Origin: an uncultured Bacilli bacterium
Lineage (GTDB): Bacteria; Bacillota_I; Bacilli_A; RF39; UBA660
DNA length: 34,963 nucleotides
NCBI GenBank assembly: GCA_944329255.1
Contig: CALVIA010000001.1
Location: 1 to 34,963 of the forward strand
Direction: 5' to 3'
Below the pieces are notes generated by a model. It did not search any database and was not told where the DNA came from. It saw nothing but the letters and a program-made list of their open reading frames with translations. The position numbers and the translations under genes were made by a program. This document shows positions 25,690 to 33,164 of the stretch, piece by piece (the first letter of the stretch is position 1; every line of letters starts with the position of its first letter).

Positions 25690-27471
25690 TCATATGTTTT
25701 TATTAAATGGAATAAAATTATTACCTTTACTCTCTAACAATGGTAAATTTAATGTACTAATATCATAATTATAATACAAAAAATCATTACCAACAATCCT
25801 AAGATTTGGCGCATAAAAATCACTTAAATTAAAAGCTGAATTTAAAAATCCATTCCCAACAATTTCTAAACTATCCAAATTTATTGTTTTTATTTCATTG
25901 TTAGAAAACATAAAGAAATTACCTACATATTTTAATTTTTTTAATGAAATTTCTTTTATCTTTGATAATGCCATAAAAAAGTCTTGTACTTTTTCTAATT
26001 CATCTAAATTTAGCATGACTAATTTTTCATTATTATACAAAAAAGAATTTCCTATGTTTTTTACTTTTGGCATAAATAAAAATTGCAAACTATTATTTTC
26101 TCTTAAAAAATTGTTTCCTATACTAACAGCGTTTGGTAGTGATAAATATTCAATATTTGAATTGTGATACATAAAAGAGTTTCCTATAGATACTACATTT
26201 GGAATTGCAATTTTTTTTAATATTTTATTGGAAGGTAAAAAAGAATCTTCAATTACTTTTAGAAATGGAAGAGATAACTCCTTTAATCTTAAATTGCTAT
26301 TTAAAAAATTAGATTTAATTGTTTTTAAATTTATCATACTTACTTCTTCTAAGTCTTCATTCGAATATAAAAATCCATGTCCTATTTCCTCTAAATTTGG
26401 CATATTTATATATTTTAAACTTTCATTATAAGTTAAATAATTATCACCAATAGTTTTAATATTAAAATCACTAACAGCAATTAATCTATTTTTATCATCT
26501 AAAATTAAATCAGTTGATTTTTCGTTCATTTTTATTTTTATTTTTTTTGTATTATCACAATTATATATTTCTATATTTGTAATATTATTAAACTGTTCTA
26601 CAAAATAATCTTTTATGTCTTTATCATATAATTTTACTTTTTTTTCTTTTAAATCTATTAAAAAGTAATCTAATAATATGTATCTTTCATCTAATTTGTA
26701 AACTGTAAAATTATCAATAACAATGTTATTTGGACAATAATATACATTGTTTATTTCATAATTATATTTATAATGTCTACCATCATTTGCCATAACATAT
26801 CCCGGAATTTCGAATCTTACTTGTTTAAATTTTTGAATTAAATTATATTCTTTTTCAAATGCTTTTGTAAGTCCTGGTGTAATTGCATCAAGATCATTTG
26901 AAAAAGTTGCATCTGGATTTTTTACAGAATGATTATATCTATTTTTTATTGATAAAACATTTGAATCATCTTTTGTAAATTGAATGCTTATTACTGAAGT
27001 ACCATATTCATCTTCTCTTCTTGGATTAGTAAAATCTTCTCTATTTAATTTATCAGCATTATCTTTTATAGCAAAAAAAACATAACATTTATTTAATCTA
27101 TTGCCTTTAAATGTACAAAGTTCTTCTCCTTCATAATAATACTTTTTAAATGCTTGTATATCTTCCTCACTCTTACATTCATATAAAGTATAACCTGATT
27201 CTCTCATTAATTCATTAATTGTTTTATTAACAACAATTTCTTTTTTAAATATACTTTTATCTATAAAAGAATATATATAACTTCTAAATAAATTTTCTAA
27301 TAAATTTTCTGTAATATCATAATATAAATGTTTTGATGGATTAAATTTAGATAATAATATATGAGATAATAATCCTGGTTTTATATCCATTAAAGTGGAA
27401 AACAAATCCCTACATAAATGCATCATATTTTCTCCATATTTTTTCTTTATTATTTTTAAATCCTCATTCAT
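25690..27471 (-). CDS. LRR paralog 5 (first in the operon): conserved unknown N-domain plus about 12 LRRs
   Basis: 593 aa, starting MNEDLKIIKKKYGENMMHLCR. AGGTGA RBS and a near-consensus promoter lie immediately upstream. It has the longest LRR tract, with 12 IG..F[LM] units counted by eye. Confidence 0.9.
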   Translation of the reverse strand: MNEDLKIIKKKYGENMMHLCRDLFSTLMDIKPGLLSHILLSKFNPSKHLYYDITENLLENLFRSYIYSFIDKSIFKKEIVVNKTINELMRESGYTLYECKSEEDIQAFKKYYYEGEELCTFKGNRLNKCYVFFAIKDNADKLNREDFTNPRREDEYGTSVISIQFTKDDSNVLSIKNRYNHSVKNPDATFSNDLDAITPGLTKAFEKEYNLIQKFKQVRFEIPGYVMANDGRHYKYNYEINNVYYCPNNIVIDNFTVYKLDERYILLDYFLIDLKEKKVKLYDKDIKDYFVEQFNNITNIEIYNCDNTKKIKIKMNEKSTDLILDDKNRLIAVSDFNIKTIGDNYLTYNESLKYINMPNLEEIGHGFLYSNEDLEEVSMINLKTIKSNFLNSNLRLKELSLPFLKVIEDSFLPSNKILKKIAIPNVVSIGNSFMYHNSNIEYLSLPNAVSIGNNFLRENNSLQFLFMPKVKNIGNSFLYNNEKLVMLNLDELEKVQDFFMALSKIKEISLKKLKYVGNFFMFSNNEIKTINLDSLEIVGNGFLNSAFNLSDFYAPNLRIVGNDFLYYNYDISTLNLPLLESKGNNFIPFNKNI

Positions 27472-27489
27472 ATTATCACCTACAATAGA

Positions 27490-27518
27490 ATTATACCATT
27501 ATTAATTTTTAATTGCAA
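27490..27518 (-). promoter_or_regulatory. Near-consensus SigA-type promoter driving the LRR paralog array
   Basis: The minus strand reads TTGCAA (27518-27513), a 17-nt spacer, then TGG-TATAAT (TG-extended; -10 at 27495-27490). It lies about 18 nt before the RBS and ATG of paralog 5. Confidence 0.6.
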
Positions 27519-27541
27519 AAAAAACAATGAATTATTCATTG
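27517..27541 (-). terminator. Rho-independent terminator after the 306-aa gene
   Basis: The minus strand reads CAATGAA-TAA-TTCATTG followed by TTTTTTTT. The last Ts of the tail form the start of the array promoter -35 box. Confidence 0.55.
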
Positions 27542-27550
27542 CTTTATCGA

Positions 27551-28471
27551 TTATTTAGTTAATATTTTATCAATTTTAGTATTTTTTAGTTTTAACTCAT
27601 AATTATGTATTTCTTCTGCTATTTTATCTTCACTTTTTTCTTTTATTTTTTGAAGTAAATTTAAAAGTTCAATTCTTTTTAAATTTAATGTATTTTTTTC
27701 TTTATTTAAACAAATTGTCCTATCATAATTAGATATAGTAGCTGAATTAATATTAATTTCTTTACAATTTACATTTAAATTCTGATAGTCATTAGAATTT
27801 ATTTTAATATTATCAATTGCATTTATATTACTAAGTTTATTTGATAATATTCTTTTAGAATGTAATTCAATTTTATTAGCTAAAAGACATGAATTATTTA
27901 AAATCAAATCATCTAAAACTTCAATTCTTAAAATTAATCGTTTTGAAAGAAAACCAACTGACGAATTATTAATTTGCATTTTTTTTGCAATAATTGTTAA
28001 ATTATTTGTAAAATAATTGTTATTAAGTATTTTACATTTATCTATTATTATTTCATTTGCTTTTAATGATGTATACCCAAATTGATTAATTTCAGAGTTT
28101 TTTATAATACATTTATCATAAAATTGTGTACATAATCCATAATTAAATTTACAATTATCAAAAATAATTTCACAATTATCATATCCATAAACATTTACTT
28201 CATAATCAAAACATTTGTCTTTTATAATATATATAATTTTTTTATTCAAATTATATTTTTTTGCTAAATTAATATTTTTTTCTAAAACCCCACAATGAAA
28301 AAAATATTTTATGCTTTCAGAAGCTTTAAAACAATTTTTTTCTTTATATCTGTCGTCTACATAACATACTAATTTATCATCAAATTCTTCAACTTTCCCT
28401 AAATTATTTGTAATTTCTAATTTAACATAGTTTCTAATGTGGTTTAATAAAAATTCTTTTGCTTTAATCAT
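27551..28471 (-). CDS. 306-aa hypothetical protein with Asn/Ile/Cys-rich repetitive (beta-solenoid-like) core and C-terminal coiled coil
   Basis: RBS GGGGGA 5 nt before the ATG, and a TG-extended -10-like TGTGATAAT upstream. Short repeats of the I.I.NC.I type recur (CEIIFDNCKF, KCIIKNSEI, NEIIIDKCKI, IDNIKINSN, CKEININSATI). The tail is heptad-like: LNLKRIELLNLLQKIKEKSEDKIAEEIHNYELKLK. No signal peptide. Confidence 0.7.
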   Translation of the reverse strand: MIKAKEFLLNHIRNYVKLEITNNLGKVEEFDDKLVCYVDDRYKEKNCFKASESIKYFFHCGVLEKNINLAKKYNLNKKIIYIIKDKCFDYEVNVYGYDNCEIIFDNCKFNYGLCTQFYDKCIIKNSEINQFGYTSLKANEIIIDKCKILNNNYFTNNLTIIAKKMQINNSSVGFLSKRLILRIEVLDDLILNNSCLLANKIELHSKRILSNKLSNINAIDNIKINSNDYQNLNVNCKEININSATISNYDRTICLNKEKNTLNLKRIELLNLLQKIKEKSEDKIAEEIHNYELKLKNTKIDKILTK

Positions 28472-28506
28472 AATTTCCCCCTAAATCATGGAATATATTA
28501 TCACAT

Positions 28507-28537
28507 AAAAAGGAATATGTAAATATTTACTTATTCC
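28507..28537 (-). terminator. Hairpin plus T-run after pheT
   Basis: The minus strand reads GGAATAAGTAAAT/ATTTACATATTCC, a 13-bp imperfect palindrome, followed by TTTTT. The pheT TAA stop (28527-28529) lies inside the stem. Confidence 0.5.
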
Positions 28538-30896
28538 TTAATTTTGCGTTATATTCATTTTCAACATTTAAAATTATATTATTAAATGATTTTATTACTT
28601 CTTCATCTGTTAATGTTTTATTAGCATCTTGAAAAGTAATTTTAAATGCCAAAGATTTTTTGTTTTCTTCTATATTATTAAATACATCAAATACTGTTAC
28701 ATTAGATACAATTCTTCCACCTTTTTTTGATATTGTATTTATAATGTCTCCAGCATTTACATTATTATCTACAATAAATGCCATATCTTTTATTACAGAA
28801 GGATATTTAGGAACTTCTTTTGATTTTATCTTTTTAATATCTAATTCATATAGTTTGTCTAAATTCAATTCACATACATAAATATCTTTTTTATTAACAC
28901 TTGGATGTGGTTTTCCAATATAACCAATTACATAATCATCTACTAATATTTCTGCACTAATTCCTGGATGAAATGATTTTAATTTTTTTTCAGTACTTAA
29001 TTTATATCTTTTTATTAATCCTAAATATGTTAATATGTTTTCTAATACTCCTTTTATTGTATAAAAATCAACATTTATTTTACCATTCCATGTATTTTCA
29101 ATATAATTACCAGTCATTAAAATAGATAATTTATTAGATTCTTTATATTCTTCTTCCATATAATATACTTTACTTATTTCAAATATATTAATATCTTTTA
29201 TATTTCTTGATAAATTATATTCTGCTACTTTTAATAAAGATGGTATTAACATATATCTCATTATACATTTGTCTATTGATAAAGGATCTTTTACTTTTAT
29301 GTATTCAAATGTTTCATTTTTAAACATTTCTATTTCTTCTTTACTAACAAGGGAATAAGTAATTACTTCATTTAAAGACATAGAATATAATCTATTTTTT
29401 ATATCTTTTATATATTTATTTTTAGATAAATATTTACCTCTTTTAATTCTAGTTATTGGAAGAGTTCCTTTCATATTATCATATCCATGAATTCTTCCAA
29501 TTTCTTCAATTAAATCTTCTTTTATGTTTATATCTAATCTTCTAGTTGGAACATATACTTTAAAAACATCATCACTATATTTATATTTAAAATTTAGTCT
29601 TTTAAAAATATTTGCTATTTCTTCTTCTTCAATTTTCATTCCTAATACATCATTAATTTTTGATGTTTCTATATCAATAATTTTTTCATTTAAATCTTTA
29701 TTATTAAAACCTACTACCCCAGTTAAAATATCTCCATTTGCGTATTTATTTAGTAAATATGCAGCTCTATTTAATGCTTCAATTGTCCTTTTTGGATCTA
29801 TTCCTTTTTCAAATCTCATTGATGCTTCACTTCTTAATATTTCTTTTGAAGTATACCTTATATTATATGGATCAAAAATTGCACTTTCAATTAGTATATT
29901 TTTGGTTTGATTTGTAACTTCTGTATCTAATCCACCCATAACTCCAGCTAATGCAATAGGATGAGTTTCATCACATATTACAATATCAGTATCTTTTAAA
30001 TTTCTTTCAATACCATCTAAAGTTGTAATTTTTTCATTATTATTTGCTTGCCTTATAATTATTTTATTACCAACTTTATCATAATCAAAAAAATGAAGTG
30101 GTTGTCCATATTCAAGCATTACATAATTACTTATATCTACTACATTATTAATAGGTCTTATTCCACAAGACATAAGTCTTGATTTAATAAAATCTGGACT
30201 TTCTTTTATTACAATATTTTTTACAATTCTAGATAAATACGCATAACATCTTTTAGTATTACATTCTATTTTTATATAATCTTTAGTGTTTTCTTTTATT
30301 TCTTTTATATTAATTTCAGGCATATTTATGCTTTTATCATATATTGCTGATATTTCATATGCCATTCCTAGCATAGATAATAAATCAGATCTATTAGCTG
30401 TTAATTCATAATCTGTATATATATCATTTAAGCATAAATATTCTTTTGCATCTATTCCTACTGGTGCATCTTCATTTAATATATGTATTCCTTTTTTATC
30501 TTCTTCTGTAATATACTTAGATTCTAATCCAAGCTCAGCTAAAGAACATATCATTCCGTTTGATTCAATACCTCTTATTGTAGACTTCTTTATTTCACCA
30601 CCTGGTAATTTTGCACCAACTTTTGCAACAATTACTTTTTGATTTACATCAACATTTGGTGCTCCACATACTATTTGATATATTTTATCTCCTAAATCAA
30701 CTTCACATATATTTAAATGATCTGAATCAGGGTGAGGACGTTTTGATACTACTCTTCCTATTACTAAATTAGTAGCTTTACATAATTCATTTATACTCTC
30801 ATATTCATTTCCAACAAAAAGCATTTTATTAGCAATATCTTCGGGACTTTCTTCAACATTAATTAATTCTTTTAACCAATTATTACTGACTCTCAT
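28527..30896 (-). CDS. pheT: Phenylalanine--tRNA ligase beta subunit
   Basis: 789 aa. N-terminal tRNA-binding domain [12 protein letters not shown]...VCGAPNV, then B3/4 and B5 regions and the C-terminal FDX-ACB-like domain. ATGA overlap with pheS. Confidence 0.95.
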   Translation of the reverse strand: MRVSNNWLKELINVEESPEDIANKMLFVGNEYESINELCKATNLVIGRVVSKRPHPDSDHLNICEVDLGDKIYQIVCGAPNVDVNQKVIVAKVGAKLPGGEIKKSTIRGIESNGMICSLAELGLESKYITEEDKKGIHILNEDAPVGIDAKEYLCLNDIYTDYELTANRSDLLSMLGMAYEISAIYDKSINMPEINIKEIKENTKDYIKIECNTKRCYAYLSRIVKNIVIKESPDFIKSRLMSCGIRPINNVVDISNYVMLEYGQPLHFFDYDKVGNKIIIRQANNNEKITTLDGIERNLKDTDIVICDETHPIALAGVMGGLDTEVTNQTKNILIESAIFDPYNIRYTSKEILRSEASMRFEKGIDPKRTIEALNRAAYLLNKYANGDILTGVVGFNNKDLNEKIIDIETSKINDVLGMKIEEEEIANIFKRLNFKYKYSDDVFKVYVPTRRLDINIKEDLIEEIGRIHGYDNMKGTLPITRIKRGKYLSKNKYIKDIKNRLYSMSLNEVITYSLVSKEEIEMFKNETFEYIKVKDPLSIDKCIMRYMLIPSLLKVAEYNLSRNIKDINIFEISKVYYMEEEYKESNKLSILMTGNYIENTWNGKINVDFYTIKGVLENILTYLGLIKRYKLSTEKKLKSFHPGISAEILVDDYVIGYIGKPHPSVNKKDIYVCELNLDKLYELDIKKIKSKEVPKYPSVIKDMAFIVDNNVNAGDIINTISKKGGRIVSNVTVFDVFNNIEENKKSLAFKITFQDANKTLTDEEVIKSFNNIILNVENEYNAKLRNK

Positions 30897-31942
30897 AAAT
30901 CCTCCTTTTCTATTTTATCAAACTCTTTTAAAAACCTTTGATCATTTATATAAAAATTCCTTATATCGCTTATTCCATATTTCAACATTGCTATTCTTTC
31001 TGGGCCAATTCCAAATGCAAATCCAGTGTATTTTTCACTATCATACCCGCATGCATTTAAAACATTTGGATGTACCATACCAGCTCCTAAAATTTCAATC
31101 CATCCAGTATTTTTACAAATACTACATCCTTTTTTACCACAATTAAAACATGATACATCAACTTCTATACTTGGTTCTGTAAATGGAAAATAGCTTGGTC
31201 TAAATCTTATTTCTCTTTTTTCACCAAACATTTTTTTTGCAAATATTTCTAATGTTCCTTTTAAATCTGACATAGATATATTTTTATCAACTACTAATCC
31301 TTCTATTTGATGAAATTGATGAGAATGAGTTGCATCATCATTATCTCTTCTATAAGTTTTACCAGGACATATAATTCTAATTGGAGTTTTTTCTAAGTTA
31401 TTTAACATAGTTCTAACTTGAACAGGGGAAGTTTGTGTTCTAAGCAACACATCATCTGTAATATAAAATGAATCTTGGCTATCCCTTGCTGGATGTCCTT
31501 TTGGTAAATTAAGCATTTCAAAATTATATAAATCAGATTCTACTTCTGGACCTTCTAATACATCATATCCCATTGAAATAAACAAATCTTCTATTTCATT
31601 AATGACTTTTGTAATTGGATGAATACAACCAACGTTTATATTAGTTGCAGGTAATGTAACATCTATTTTTTCTTTATTTAATTTTTCTTCTAATTCGATA
31701 ATTTCTAATTTTGATTTAATATCATTAAATAAATCATCAGCATATTTTTTAAACTCATTTATAAGCTTACCACATTCTTTTTTTTCTTCAATAGATAAAT
31801 TCTTCATATTATTAGAAAATTCCTGTATTTTGCTCTTTTTTCCTAAATAATGAACTTTTATATCATTTAATTCACTTAATGATTTAATATTTTCAATATT
31901 ACTTTCTAATTCATTTTTTAAATTATTTATTTCGTTAATCAT
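30893..31942 (-). CDS. pheS: Phenylalanine--tRNA ligase alpha subunit
   Basis: Class II aaRS motifs [35 protein letters not shown] and [30 protein letters not shown]-box leader lies immediately upstream. Confidence 0.96.
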   Translation of the reverse strand: MINEINNLKNELESNIENIKSLSELNDIKVHYLGKKSKIQEFSNNMKNLSIEEKKECGKLINEFKKYADDLFNDIKSKLEIIELEEKLNKEKIDVTLPATNINVGCIHPITKVINEIEDLFISMGYDVLEGPEVESDLYNFEMLNLPKGHPARDSQDSFYITDDVLLRTQTSPVQVRTMLNNLEKTPIRIICPGKTYRRDNDDATHSHQFHQIEGLVVDKNISMSDLKGTLEIFAKKMFGEKREIRFRPSYFPFTEPSIEVDVSCFNCGKKGCSICKNTGWIEILGAGMVHPNVLNACGYDSEKYTGFAFGIGPERIAMLKYGISDIRNFYINDQRFLKEFDKIEKEDL

Positions 31943-31954
31943 AAATCCTCCTTG

Positions 31955-32165
31955 TAAATAAAAAAATCTATGTCTAAGGGTTCATAAGAACGGTACCACC
32001 TTAGTTCATAGATTCTATGCACTTATCCTTTAACGCAGGAAACGTTATATATTTTGTATATACACTCAATTGACGAATTCATAAACAGTTATTACTAATT
32101 TGCACCAACCACTAGTTCTCTTTAAATACTTATTTATTACTACTTCAATTTCATCGCTTTCACGA
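31955..32165 (-). promoter_or_regulatory. T-box riboswitch leader (Phe, UUC specifier) with intrinsic terminator
   Basis: On the minus strand there is a stem I start AGCGATGA and an AGAGA box. GAATTCG contains TTC at 32077-32075, followed by a purine. The conserved T-box sequence AACTAAGGTGGTACCG is at 32006-31991. The alternative terminator pairs TCTATGAACTAAGG with CCCTTAGACATAGA, followed by T7 at 31966-31960. Confidence 0.85.
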
Positions 32166-32168
32166 TAT

Positions 32169-32196
32169 ATTATAGCATAAAAAATACATATTTCAA
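32169..32196 (-). promoter_or_regulatory. Promoter of the pheST T-box leader
   Basis: The minus strand reads TTGAAA (32196-32191), a 16-nt spacer, then TGC-TATAAT (TG-extended; -10 at 32174-32169). The -35 box overlaps the TGA stop of the 65-aa ORF. Confidence 0.55.
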
Positions 32197-32390
32197 TTAT
32201 TTTCTATATATTCTTTAATACATTTGTCTATATTTTTATAAACCAAATAATCTTTTTTTTCTAATGTTAGATAATCAATTAATTCTCTTTCACTAATATT
32301 TATTTCATCAGCAATATATTCTAATTTAATATTAGAATCATGTATTTGTTTTAAAATATCATATCTTATTTCTTTACATAAATCATCCAT
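32193..32390 (-). CDS. 65-aa putative HTH protein (candidate antitoxin or regulator)
   Basis: Begins 1 nt after the stop of the 254-aa ORF. The segment IKLEYIADEINISERELIDYLTLEKK resembles an XRE-type helix-turn-helix. Confidence 0.5.
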   Translation of the reverse strand: MDDLCKEIRYDILKQIHDSNIKLEYIADEINISERELIDYLTLEKKDYLVYKNIDKCIKEYIENN

Positions 32391-32391
32391 A

Positions 32392-33156
32392 TTATATCCT
32401 CTTTATTCCTCTTGCTTTTTCGTATAAAGCCTCCAAAACCTCATCATACTTTAAACTTGATGTTTCAATTAATTGTCTTTTTGAATCATCATCTTTTATC
32501 ATTTCTTTATAACCATTTATAATAGATGAATTGTTTTTTATTCTTTTATCTAAAGAATCATATATTGCTTTAGGAGACATTCCCTTTTTTTCAGTTGTCA
32601 TTAATGCAATAACAGAGTCGTTACCTAAAAATTGATAAAATAATCTTATGTTTCCCTCTTTTATTTCAAATACATCTTTAAAACCTTTTAACATTCTATT
32701 TTTACTTTGATCGTGTTTTCTTGGATCAAATTCATATTTTTTTAATATATCAATAGCTGTTATCAATGAACTCATATTTTCATCAGCAATACTTTTTGAG
32801 TCTTGTAATATACAATTTTTACCCATACTTGTTTCTAAAAATACAACATTTTTTCTACCAGTTGGCATTAATTCACTATCATTTAGTATTTTACTACTTA
32901 TTAAAACATTTATTATATTTTTTCTTTTAATTAAATCATCTATTTGTGGTTTTAATAATGCTTTTTCTTTAACACTTGATTCATTATATAATTCATATGC
33001 ACTACTAATTTCCCCATCTATATAAACTCCTATATTATTTAATAAATCTATATATCCATCTTGCATACTATCTGGAAGGGAACTAGTAAAATCATCTATA
33101 TCCATTTCCAATAATGAATTTATATATCTATTTAAATATTTATCATCAAAAGACAT
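32392..33156 (-). CDS. 254-aa protein with a central RelE/ParE (HigB/Gp49-like) toxin-fold segment flanked by extra domains
   Basis: AGGTGA RBS within the 8-nt gap after frr. The segment RMLKGFKDVFEIKEGNIRLFYQFLGNDSVIALMTTEKKG matches the L.G...L.E.R....IR..Y.F.....I.L...F.KK pattern of Gp49/HigB-type RelE/ParE toxins. About 95 N-terminal and 60 C-terminal residues are unassigned. Confidence 0.45.
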   Translation of the reverse strand: MSFDDKYLNRYINSLLEMDIDDFTSSLPDSMQDGYIDLLNNIGVYIDGEISSAYELYNESSVKEKALLKPQIDDLIKRKNIINVLISSKILNDSELMPTGRKNVVFLETSMGKNCILQDSKSIADENMSSLITAIDILKKYEFDPRKHDQSKNRMLKGFKDVFEIKEGNIRLFYQFLGNDSVIALMTTEKKGMSPKAIYDSLDKRIKNNSSIINGYKEMIKDDDSKRQLIETSSLKYDEVLEALYEKARGIKRI

Positions 33157-33164
33157 TTTATCAC

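Noticed and set aside
18754-27471. Interpreting the LRR paralogs as internalin- or BspA-type cell-surface adhesins.
   Set aside because: All five begin with a hydrophilic MDDLKIIKKKYGE / MNEDLKIIKKKYGE sequence. None has a signal peptide, lipobox, TM helix, LPXTG motif or wall-binding repeats. A surface location would need an unknown export route, so I keep only the neutral description.
18754-27471. Interpreting the LRR paralogs as bacterial NLR/STAND (Avs or bNACHT-like) sensors.
   Set aside because: I found no Walker A (GxxxxGK[ST]) or Walker B NTPase motif in any of the five N-domains. The N-domain of about 290 aa is also too short for a NACHT or NB-ARC module plus an effector.
18754-28471. 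The 10-kb block of uncharacterised genes as a mobile genomic island or prophage remnant.
   Set aside because: There is no integrase, transposase, recombinase or phage structural gene. No flanking tRNA or direct repeats were seen. Base composition and codon style look the same as in the flanking housekeeping genes.
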